Shown: positions 1 through 7,889 of the stretch, piece after piece
Position numbering within the stretch: the first letter of the stretch is position 1
Layout of the letters: every line of letters begins with the position of its first letter
Source: Candidatus Heimdallarchaeota archaeon B3_Heim
GTDB lineage: Archaea; Asgardarchaeota; Heimdallarchaeia; Hodarchaeales; Hodarchaeaceae
Length of the DNA stretch: 32,000 nucleotides
Direction: 5' to 3'
Assembly (NCBI GenBank): GCA_003144275.1
Contig: NJBF01000010.1
Span: 30,001-62,000, forward strand
The notes under the pieces: generated by a model
What the model was told of the DNA's origin: nothing
The model's database searches: none
What the model saw: the letters and a program-made list of their open reading frames with translations, nothing else
Position numbers and translations under genes: made by a program

Positions 1-4
1 GTCC

Positions 5-220
5 ATGATGAGCTCCGAGGAGTCATCAAAGACTCTGAGAATGAAAGTTACCGATCAACAAGTGCTAGAATCTGAACGAATTGCCATTTCTGATCTCCTA
101 TCATCATTAGAAGATCGATATACTGCTGGTGAGATCTCAATCTTTGAATATTCACGTTTATACAAGAAATATACCAAAGAGCTTTATTTACTCCGGAAAC
201 AGTTAGAATACTTGAGCTAG
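5..220 (+). CDS. Steadiness-box (Vps23/Vps37-like) helical hairpin protein, ESCRT-I; may extend upstream of the window
   Basis: LLSSLEDRYTAGEISIFEYSRLYKKYTKELYLLR fits the steadiness-box hairpin pattern; lies directly upstream of vps28. No in-frame stop is visible before position 5. Confidence 0.7.
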   Translation: MMSSEESSKTLRMKVTDQQVLESERIAISDLLSSLEDRYTAGEISIFEYSRLYKKYTKELYLLRKQLEYLS

Positions 221-229
221 GTAAAAACA

Positions 230-850
230 ATGTCATTTCCTCAAAACTTATCACACAGATGGGATCTAGAAGCCCGATTATTTGCGAATATTGGGACTCT
301 CGATTTAATTTCACGTACTTATGATCGTGGAGAGATCGATTCGAGTACATATCATAAACAGCATAGAACCCTTCTAACTAGTATTATAGAAACACGTGCA
401 GAGTTAGAACAGTATAATTTTGATGTTGATAGATTTATTGAAGAAGAAGGAATTAGCCAACTTTTCCCTTCGGGTCTTTCAAAACTCAAAATGACTGAAG
501 GAGCCGGTGATAATGCCTATAGTCGAATTGATTATTCAAGCATAAAGAAACTTCCAACAATTGCTGCGGAGTTTGTAGCAAATGCGATTGAATTACTAGA
601 TCTTCTACATTTAGAATCAATCGCAACTGTTGATCGAGTGTTACCCTATCTTGATGAAATTCACGATATCTTAGTTAGAGTACCAATGTATGGAAATGAT
701 CATTGGGTAACACAGGACATAAATCAGTGGATTAACTGGATGGATAAACAAAAACCAGGACAATTATTGAAAAACAAGGAGATTAAGAAATTAGAATTAC
801 AAGGTTCTCGCTGGCTTTCTGACTTCAGAAGGGAACTAAAAAATCTATAA
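230..850 (+). CDS. vps28: ESCRT-I subunit Vps28 homologue
   Basis: N-terminal hairpin (LDLISRTYDRGEIDSSTY) and C-terminal four-helix bundle (IAAEFVANAIELLDLLHL...VDRVLPYLDEI...INQWINWM) align by eye to eukaryotic Vps28; ESCRT context. Confidence 0.85.
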   Translation: MSFPQNLSHRWDLEARLFANIGTLDLISRTYDRGEIDSSTYHKQHRTLLTSIIETRAELEQYNFDVDRFIEEEGISQLFPSGLSKLKMTEGAGDNAYSRIDYSSIKKLPTIAAEFVANAIELLDLLHLESIATVDRVLPYLDEIHDILVRVPMYGNDHWVTQDINQWINWMDKQKPGQLLKNKEIKKLELQGSRWLSDFRRELKNL

Positions 851-859
851 GAATCGTTC

Positions 860-2206
860 TTATAAAAGATTAGTTTTACCAGTTCTTATAAGCAGCTCTG
901 TCCTTTCTTCAGCAATTTTCGCTAATTCAAATTCAAATTGTTTCAAGAGTTCGAAATATTCACGACCCGCTACTTTTTTACGGCCTTCTTTTAGTTCCTG
1001 TAAGGCTCGTTTTGATGCAAGTTCATGAATGCGCAAGTCTCGTAGTCTTTCCTCTAAAAAACCATTAACAAAATCTGGGATATTCTCTGGACTCTTACTT
1101 GGAGGCTTATTGGAGGAAGATGGGGTACTTTTATGGTTCTGAAAATTTAATGCTGCAAGGATTTTTTCCTGATAAATTTCCGAAGACCAATCACGGAATG
1201 GTTCATTGATATACAAGTCACTTGGACGACCTAGATAACTCAACTTCAGTGAATTGAATATCCGAATAAGATTTTGAGCATCAGACTGTATGACAAAATC
1301 TCGTTTAATAGCAGTTATTAAAAGCTTATCCCGCTTTAAAAATCCAGAGTTCTTTTTTTGTACATCCATTAGCGCTTTGGGAGAGAATTCATCACAAATG
1401 ATAGTTTTATGGCTTAAAACATTAGTCCTCTTTTTCTGAAGTAATACAATCCTATCCGTTGTAATAATTAAATCAATAGTAGTCTTCCTAAAGCTATCAT
1501 TATTGAGATCTAAATTTGAAAAATAGCCAATACCCAATTCACCTGGGATTAAGACGAAAATATCGAGACATCGGGCTAGGTGTTTTCGCGTTTCATCAAA
1601 TAAATCACATTTTTTCTCTACTTGTTCTATAAGGGCGGAGATAGTTTCAAGTTTCGATACAACCGTCTGATCAAAGCTCGCTATATGTTTTTGAAATAGA
1701 GAGATTTGCAAAGATGAGTTACGAAAAGAATTCTCCGATATTGGGTGACGTACTACATTATGGTAGATTCTTTGGAGCTTTGAAGCATATTCCTGAAATT
1801 CATTCAAAGTAAAATTTTCAATTTTCTTTGTCTCTAGAAAGATTTTATCAATCAGATTGCCAGGAATGAGAAATTGTTTGCGAAAGGAACGTAATCTTGA
1901 CTCCAATTGGCCAGTTCGTTTTAAGAGGATAACAGGACGATATCCTACGTGCTTGAGAGATCGTTTAAGGACAAAAATTTCTTCTAATAAGTCCGCTTTT
2001 CCATTTTTAATGTGGTCAAATGCTTCAATATTTGGTGATCCACAGGAACACTTGAGTTGGGAACCAGTCATAAGAGATCGTGTTGCGCATTGTTGACAAA
2101 AAGTAGCACCGCAATCTAAACACTTGTGTACCTCCGAAGAAACGAGTGCTGAACCACAAAAGGAACAGTAACCCGTCGACTCAGAAGAAGACGAACTAAG
2201 ACCCAA
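860..2206 (-). CDS. Uncharacterised multidomain protein: FYVE-like Zn finger, coiled coil, PH-like domain, C-terminal steadiness-box-like hairpin
   Basis: 448 aa, TTG start. CSFC-x11-CLDC-x4-CQQC-x12-CSC; helical heptad-rich middle; LIPGE...DLIITTDRIVLLQKK...KKNSGFLKRDKLLIT (PH-like); REYFELLKQFEFELAKI at the C-terminus. Confidence 0.65.
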   Translation of the reverse strand: MGLSSSSSESTGYCSFCGSALVSSEVHKCLDCGATFCQQCATRSLMTGSQLKCSCGSPNIEAFDHIKNGKADLLEEIFVLKRSLKHVGYRPVILLKRTGQLESRLRSFRKQFLIPGNLIDKIFLETKKIENFTLNEFQEYASKLQRIYHNVVRHPISENSFRNSSLQISLFQKHIASFDQTVVSKLETISALIEQVEKKCDLFDETRKHLARCLDIFVLIPGELGIGYFSNLDLNNDSFRKTTIDLIITTDRIVLLQKKRTNVLSHKTIICDEFSPKALMDVQKKNSGFLKRDKLLITAIKRDFVIQSDAQNLIRIFNSLKLSYLGRPSDLYINEPFRDWSSEIYQEKILAALNFQNHKSTPSSSNKPPSKSPENIPDFVNGFLEERLRDLRIHELASKRALQELKEGRKKVAGREYFELLKQFEFELAKIAEERTELLIRTGKTNLL

Positions 2207-2483
2207 AGACGTTCCCTATCTATCATAGAATGAATGTAGATTTTTAAGTAAATATAACATTACAGAAAGATGACAAGAAAGGAACAAGTAGAGGAGGAAA
2301 AGTTCTAGCGCTATTTTGAATTTATCATTTACTAAGAACCTGAAATTCCAATTCTTCCAGAAAAAGCAATATCCTCCTCATAAATCCCATTTTTCATCTT
2401 CCTACTCTCCATAGAGAACTGTTTCTTGACGAAAAGAATAAACAAATTCTCTACTCTGATTTCTAGTATCGTATTGTAAAAAA

Positions 2484-2492
2484 TTATAAATA
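2484..2492 (+). promoter_or_regulatory. Putative TATA box for the vps22/ESCRT-III/vps4 genes
   Basis: TTATAAATA preceded by an A-rich BRE-like tract, about 57 nt before the vps22 ATG, in a divergent intergenic region. Confidence 0.35.
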
Positions 2493-2547
2493 AAGAACTT
2501 TGAAGTCTAATTGAACTTAACATAATTAAATCTCGAGGAACAATAAG

Positions 2548-3267
2548 ATGGGCCTTAGACGTATAGAAGAGAAAATAACTCAGGAAGCGGCAATGAAGGT
2601 AAAGGGTAGTCAATTGGCCCTCTTGTCTCTCAATGAGATGAGTAAAAAGATAAGAAATTTACACAAAGAACTTCAGAAGCTAGAATCTCAATATAAATCT
2701 GACATTAAGAAGAATCCCGACCTAGCCCAGAAGGTTATGAAACTAAGGGAGGAGCTAGGACTTCCTCTTGCAATTGGAATATATGATGTAGGTAAAAAAC
2801 CTTCATTCAAATCACGACTGCAGGGAAATGATGAATATATTAACTATTTAGGACTAAGAATTATAGAGATTGGTAAACAGATACGGAATCATACAGGGGG
2901 TATCTTAAGCGTATCAGAATTAATCTTGAAACTTAATGATGAAAGTAAAGGAATTGTGGTTTCTATTTCAGACGTCAATAACGCTTTGGAACTTTTAACT
3001 TCGAATGGATTAATTCATCAGATACGAACACTCGTAGGAATGAAAATTATCGAGTTTATTGACCCAGAACTGACACAAGATCATCAACGTATACTTGAGT
3101 TGGCAGCACAGGCTAATGGCCAGCTTTCAATGACTGAATTAGTTCAAAAATCAACTTGGACAATAGAACGAGTAGAACGATCTATAGAAGTTTTGATCAA
3201 TAAAAAAGTAGCAATCAAATCTAATACCTTAGATGGCATATTAATATCATTTCCAGGTGTAGGATAG
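2548..3267 (+). CDS. vps22: ESCRT-II subunit Vps22/Vps36-like (EAP30 family) winged-helix protein
   Basis: YKSDIKKNPDLAQKVMKLREELGL and YINYLGLRIIEIGKQIRNHTGGILSVSEL match Vps22/Snf8 motifs; C-terminal winged-helix domain. Confidence 0.9.
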   Translation: MGLRRIEEKITQEAAMKVKGSQLALLSLNEMSKKIRNLHKELQKLESQYKSDIKKNPDLAQKVMKLREELGLPLAIGIYDVGKKPSFKSRLQGNDEYINYLGLRIIEIGKQIRNHTGGILSVSELILKLNDESKGIVVSISDVNNALELLTSNGLIHQIRTLVGMKIIEFIDPELTQDHQRILELAAQANGQLSMTELVQKSTWTIERVERSIEVLINKKVAIKSNTLDGILISFPGVG

Positions 3268-3466
3268 TTCTCTTACATTACAATACAGTCATTTAGAAAT
3301 AATTTTATGCTTAAAAAGGTGTAAAACATTCTCCTATTCTCTCTGAATACTCTTCTGGTAACATTTAGAGGAGCACTATAGTAAGTCTTAAGAAGAACTC
3401 CTTGTTTACCTAGCTTAAGATATTTAACTGAAAGAAGATACTCATTTCAGATAAGCTAGATGAGAG

Positions 3467-4147
3467 TTGAAAATACAAGTGAAACGACTTAAAGGGTTTT
3501 TAACGGGATCGAAACCATCTTCATCAACTGAAACAAAAGCGAAGTTAAAAAGAACCATAAATCAAATGGAAATAAAGGTAAAAAACTATTCAAGGCAATC
3601 TGATGAGCAATATGAGTTAGCACGTCGACTGTTAAAATCTGGGAACAAACCTGGAGCTCAACAAGCTCTGAAGCGACGTGAGCTATATTTGACCCAGACA
3701 ACGAACACTCATAGCAAGATAGCAAACTTACAACGTATCATTGAAACGCTTGATATTTCTGCAGATAACGTTACTTTAACAGAGACACTAGCGCAGGCAC
3801 AAATTGCAATTGATAGCAATGTTGAAGCAGCTTCGCCTGAAAGGACAGAAGAAGTAATGATGTCCTTAGAGGATTCCATAGAAATGGTTTCAGATATGGA
3901 GGACTCTCTTACAGATACCTCGATAACTGAAATCGGAATGGATGTTGAAGCAGATGATCGAATATCTATGCAAATGGCGGAATTAGAAGCGGAATTATCA
4001 TCGGGTTCTCTTCCAGCAAGTGAAACAAGTGTTTCTGCAACACCTAGTTCCCCAATATCAGAAAACACCGCTGGAAAAAAACGTGAAGCAGACAAAAAGA
4101 AATTAGATGAGATGCGGAAACAGATTGAAGAAGGTTTGAGGTCATAA
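3467..4147 (+). CDS. ESCRT-III protein, Vps20/32/60 (Snf7) type
   Basis: LLKSGNKPGAQQALKRRELYLTQ...NLQRIIETLD is the Snf7-type core; basic N-half, acidic C-half. Start is TTG 3467 or GTG 3479. Confidence 0.9.
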   Translation: MKIQVKRLKGFLTGSKPSSSTETKAKLKRTINQMEIKVKNYSRQSDEQYELARRLLKSGNKPGAQQALKRRELYLTQTTNTHSKIANLQRIIETLDISADNVTLTETLAQAQIAIDSNVEAASPERTEEVMMSLEDSIEMVSDMEDSLTDTSITEIGMDVEADDRISMQMAELEAELSSGSLPASETSVSATPSSPISENTAGKKREADKKKLDEMRKQIEEGLRS

Positions 4148-4149
4148 AC

Positions 4150-4764
4150 ATGGTTTTTGATAAATTTGGTCAATGGCTTAAAGGTGGAGGAAGTGGAGCC
4201 AGTTCTACACGGAAGTGGATCGTTCGACTTCGAATGGTTGAAAAACGAATGTTACGTCAACGGAAAAAATTGCTAAAAGAAGAAAAAAATATGTTAAAAG
4301 AAGTTGAGAAATCCATAGAAGATGGTGATATGTCAACTGCTAGACTATTAGCAAAGGATGTAGCCAAAAACCGTAATATGGCCCGCGCATGCCAACAAAT
4401 GGCTAGCAGGGTAAAAGGGATCAAGTTTAAGTTAGAACAAGCAGCTGCTACACAAGCAATTGGAAAGGATTTGAAAGGACTCGTACGCACACTTCATACA
4501 ATGAATGCCGAATTAAAAATTCCACAGCTTGAAGGTGTTCTTCAACAAATGGAAATCGAAACAGAGCGAGTTGATATTGCAACAGAAGCAATGGATGAAG
4601 GATTTGAGATGATGACAACCGATGGAGAAGAAGATGAAGTGGTTGAAAAAATCCTTGGAGAGATAAGCGCGTCTAAAGCAGCTACAGCTGATTTTGGTCT
4701 TCCTTCTCCCGATATACGGTCCCAAGAATTACAAAAAGAACTAGAAAAAATAAAGAAAAGCTGA
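4150..4764 (+). CDS. ESCRT-III protein, Vps2/24/46 type
   Basis: GDMSTARLLAKDVAKNRN...LHTMNAELKIPQLEGVLQQMEIE is typical of Vps2/24/46; MIM1-like C-terminal helix ELQKELEKIKKS. Confidence 0.9.
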   Translation: MVFDKFGQWLKGGGSGASSTRKWIVRLRMVEKRMLRQRKKLLKEEKNMLKEVEKSIEDGDMSTARLLAKDVAKNRNMARACQQMASRVKGIKFKLEQAAATQAIGKDLKGLVRTLHTMNAELKIPQLEGVLQQMEIETERVDIATEAMDEGFEMMTTDGEEDEVVEKILGEISASKAATADFGLPSPDIRSQELQKELEKIKKS

Positions 4765-4816
4765 CTACAAATCACTTTTCTTCTTAAGTAGGTAAGTATG
4801 TTTACGTGGTGATACC

Positions 4817-5959
4817 ATGGGTTCTCCTTTATTTGAAGCAGCTAAAAAGAATGCTAGCTTGGCTTATAAGCTGGATCAAAGTGGACAGACTCAGCAAGCA
4901 GTCAAATATTATGTATCTGCAGCTGAACAGTTACAAAAACTCATTAATTTTACTGACGATTCAAATATGAAAAATCTCTATTATCACAAAGCAATGGAAT
5001 ATATTTTGCGTGTGAAGGAAATTCGAGGAATAATCGAACCATCTGAAACCCCGACCCCTTCTTCCGCTCCATCCCCAAAAAGTGACGAAATTTCCGATGC
5101 TATTTCAAGTGTTATCGTTCGAGAGAAACCAAACGTGAAGTGGGAAGACGTTGCAGGAATGGAGGAGGCTAAACGTGCATTAAGAGAAGCCGTCATCTTA
5201 CCTATGTCTCGACCTGATTTATTCAAAGGTGCACGTAAACCATGGAAAGGAATTTTGATGTATGGTCCCCCTGGTTGTGGGAAAACTTATCTATGTAAGG
5301 CGGTAGCTTCTGAAGTGGAATCAACCTTTTTTTCAGTAAGTGCAGCGAATTTAATAAGTAAATGGTTGGGGGAGTCAGAAAAGCTCGTAAATGAACTCTA
5401 TGAAAGAGCAGTAGAAGAAGCCCCGTCCATAATTTTCTTTGACGAAATCGATGCTTTGGCAGGAACACGAGGCGGGAGTTCTGAAGGAGAGGCAATGCGA
5501 AGAGTGAAAACACAACTATTACAAGCAGTAGAAGGTTTTGCTACTGGTGATGAACTACTGGTCACTATAGGAGCAACGAATACGCCTTGGGATATCGATG
5601 CTGCAATGCGTAGACGTTTTGAACGTCGTGTTTATGTAACACTCCCAGCAAGGGAAGCAAGGGAGGTAATGTTTTCAATTCATACAAAAGGGATTCCCAT
5701 GGGTGCAGATGTTGATTTTAAAGCATTAGCTGAAATTACAGGCGGATATACGGCTGCAGATATTGCTTTAGTGTGTCGTGAATCCTTGATGCAACCGATT
5801 CGTGAACTGGATGCAGAAGGGGCCCTAACCGATATGACTGTACAAGTACGAGCTCCGAAAGCAGTTGATTTTCATAATGCCATGATGCATATTCGTCCCT
5901 CAGTCGCTCCAGATGAGCTTGCGCGATATGATAAATGGCGCGATAAATTTGGAGGGTAG
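4817..5959 (+). CDS. vps4: Vps4 AAA+ ATPase with N-terminal MIT domain
   Basis: MIT helices (AYKLDQSGQTQQAVKYY), Walker A GPPGCGKT, pore loop SKWLGESEK, Walker B IIFFDEID, SRH ATNTPWDIDAAMRRRFERR, C-terminal KFGG. Confidence 0.95.
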   Translation: MGSPLFEAAKKNASLAYKLDQSGQTQQAVKYYVSAAEQLQKLINFTDDSNMKNLYYHKAMEYILRVKEIRGIIEPSETPTPSSAPSPKSDEISDAISSVIVREKPNVKWEDVAGMEEAKRALREAVILPMSRPDLFKGARKPWKGILMYGPPGCGKTYLCKAVASEVESTFFSVSAANLISKWLGESEKLVNELYERAVEEAPSIIFFDEIDALAGTRGGSSEGEAMRRVKTQLLQAVEGFATGDELLVTIGATNTPWDIDAAMRRRFERRVYVTLPAREAREVMFSIHTKGIPMGADVDFKALAEITGGYTAADIALVCRESLMQPIRELDAEGALTDMTVQVRAPKAVDFHNAMMHIRPSVAPDELARYDKWRDKFGG

Positions 5960-6001
5960 AGAAACCTCATCCATCTTTACCAATTCATGAGCTGTTAATG
6001 G

Positions 6002-6775
6002 ATGGCCGAATTACAACGAAAAAAGGAAAAGGTTGACAAGAAAAAAACTTCAGTTGATGTACTTGAAGATGTACTTCAGCAAGTAACAGCAGACAAACCG
6101 AAATCAACTAAGATAGAAGCTCCAAAAATCAAACAAAAACCTTTAACGAATACTTTACCTTATTCCCAGTTTCATAAATCGCAATCAAAGGTCGAACAAA
6201 CGATAACTGTGAAGTCCGAACGAATTTCATTAGCTGAGCTAAAACCTGGTACCGTTCATCCTAATGTAAAACCGATTTTACCTGGTTGGGTTACAAAGCC
6301 ATGGCGATGGATGATTCCAGAGGATCCTGAATTAAAACAGCAGTGGTTGCTTACCTGGGGGGATTTCTTACTTGCATTTGCACGTGTGTTAAACCAACAT
6401 ATACTCGATCTCCAGGAAGTTAGCCTAGTCTACCCATTTCAAAATGGGGTACTTCATAAAAAGCTGTCAATTCCACAGTTAAAAGCTATTTCTGAGTATT
6501 TAATTGAGCAAGAAAATGCCTCATGGTGGGATACAGACGAAACACAACTTAGGGTATACTGGAAGACCCTCAATTCTTTTGCCGAGGAAATTTTCAATTA
6601 TTCCTTCCAAAACGGATTTGAAATGATCACACTTTATGATATGGTCAAAATGAATCAGTCTTGGTCATCCCTTCCACCTAAGGATCTTGCTATTATTATG
6701 AAACTCATGGTAAAGTCAAAGAAAGCTACATGGGCGGACTCAGAACAGAAAACAATAGAATTTGTTTTTTTTTAA
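6002..6775 (+). CDS. vps25: ESCRT-II subunit Vps25 homologue with N-terminal extension
   Basis: LKQQWLLTWGDFLLAFAR...YPFQNGVLHKKLS...ASWWDTDETQLRVYWKT...IFNYS...ITLYDM aligns to eukaryotic Vps25. Confidence 0.85.
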   Translation: MAELQRKKEKVDKKKTSVDVLEDVLQQVTADKPKSTKIEAPKIKQKPLTNTLPYSQFHKSQSKVEQTITVKSERISLAELKPGTVHPNVKPILPGWVTKPWRWMIPEDPELKQQWLLTWGDFLLAFARVLNQHILDLQEVSLVYPFQNGVLHKKLSIPQLKAISEYLIEQENASWWDTDETQLRVYWKTLNSFAEEIFNYSFQNGFEMITLYDMVKMNQSWSSLPPKDLAIIMKLMVKSKKATWADSEQKTIEFVFF

Positions 6776-6886
6776 TGTATCATTTCAGGTGTAAAAGACA
6801 TCTACAAAACTTCTTAACATCGTTTTTTAATGGATTAACTGTCACTTAAATGCAGAAAGGATTGATATTATAAGGAGTTTCTTCAA

Positions 6887-7540
6887 ATGACAACCCCTAT
6901 ACAAGAAGAAGAATTGCTCACGCCTCTAGAAGATTATTTAAAAGCAGGTGTCCACATTGGAACATCTAGCGGAATGAAAAGCATGGATTGGGCGATCTAT
7001 CGTACTCGAAACGATGGGCTTTACGTTTTAGATGTCCATAAAACTGATGATCGTATACGTACTGCAGCAAAATTCCTTGCACGTCAAGATACGTCACGAG
7101 TGGCTGCATGTAGTGTCAGGGCATACGGAATTTATCCTGTAGAAATGTTCTGCAAAGTGACAGGAGCAGAGCCTATTACTGGAAGATTTATTCCGGGAAT
7201 TTTCACGAATCCAAGCATCAAAGGAAGATATAATTTTATCGAACCCACTAGCATATTAATTACTGATCCTCACTTCGATCATCAAGCTCTGAAAGAAGCT
7301 TATCGAATGGGAATCCCTGTTATTTCTCTTGTTGACACTGATAACACAATAAGTAATATTGATCTTGCTATTCCTTGTAACAACAAAGGGCGTAATTCCT
7401 TAGCCATGATATTCTGGTTATTAACAAAGGAAATTCTTAGAGAACGTGGTGAATTAACACCAGAAAAAGATGCTCAATTAAGGGTAGAATTATTTAGAGC
7501 CCCACGAGGTCGACGACCCCTGAGCGATGATGGATTTTAA
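6887..7540 (+). CDS. rps2: 30S ribosomal protein uS2
   Basis: YLKAGVHIGT, GRFIPGIFTNP, TDPHFDHQALKEA, IPCNNKG motifs. Confidence 0.97.
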   Translation: MTTPIQEEELLTPLEDYLKAGVHIGTSSGMKSMDWAIYRTRNDGLYVLDVHKTDDRIRTAAKFLARQDTSRVAACSVRAYGIYPVEMFCKVTGAEPITGRFIPGIFTNPSIKGRYNFIEPTSILITDPHFDHQALKEAYRMGIPVISLVDTDNTISNIDLAIPCNNKGRNSLAMIFWLLTKEILRERGELTPEKDAQLRVELFRAPRGRRPLSDDGF

Positions 7541-7556
7541 CAGGTGAATTAGCACT

Positions 7557-7760
7557 ATGATGATCCCTATACGGTGTTATACTTGCGGAAAAGTTATTGC
7601 CCACTATTATGATGATTTTTTAGACGGCATGAAAGCTGGTAAGGAAGCATCAGAACTACTAGATTCATTTGATCTAAAGCGATACTGCTGCAGAAGAATG
7701 TTAATTACACACGTAGAGCTTATTGATGATATTCTTACTTTTTCAAGCCCAGTTCGTTAA
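7557..7760 (+). CDS. rpoN: RNA polymerase subunit Rpo10 (N)
   Basis: MMIPIRCYTCGK...RYCCRRML signature. Confidence 0.97.
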   Translation: MMIPIRCYTCGKVIAHYYDDFLDGMKAGKEASELLDSFDLKRYCCRRMLITHVELIDDILTFSSPVR

Positions 7761-7764
7761 TTTC

Positions 7765-7873
7765 AGCCCCGTAGTGTAGTGGTCCATCACAGAGAGTTCT
7801 ATAGTACGAGTTCACAAAGCGTAGAACCATGGAGAAATACTCTCTAACCTCAGTTCGAATCTGAGCGGGGCTA
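7765..7873 (+). tRNA. Intron-containing tRNA with archaeal tRNA-Gln body; anticodon unresolved (CTG if two introns, CTA if one)
   Basis: Acceptor AGCCCCG/CGGGGCT+A73 (A1-U72), D arm GTGTAGTGGTCCATCAC, anticodon stem GAGAG/CTCTC, T arm CTCAG-TTCGAAT-CTGAG; 36 extra nt in the anticodon loop; CCA not encoded. Confidence 0.9.
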
Positions 7874-7889
7874 TCTTAGGAGGAATTAC

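Noticed and set aside
2332-2613. 93-aa minus-strand ORF in the divergent intergenic region
   Set aside because: Overlaps the vps22 start, has the composition of AT-rich intergenic DNA, and shows no motif.
3489-5513. Minus-strand ORFs opposite the ESCRT-III and vps4 genes
   Set aside because: Antisense shadows of well-supported genes with no recognisable domains.
7765-7873. Pyrrolysine tRNA (CUA anticodon)
   Set aside because: The body has a standard D arm, 5-bp anticodon stem, 4-nt variable loop and TTCGAAT T loop with Gln-type A1-U72; it lacks tRNA-Pyl features, and no pyl genes are in the window.
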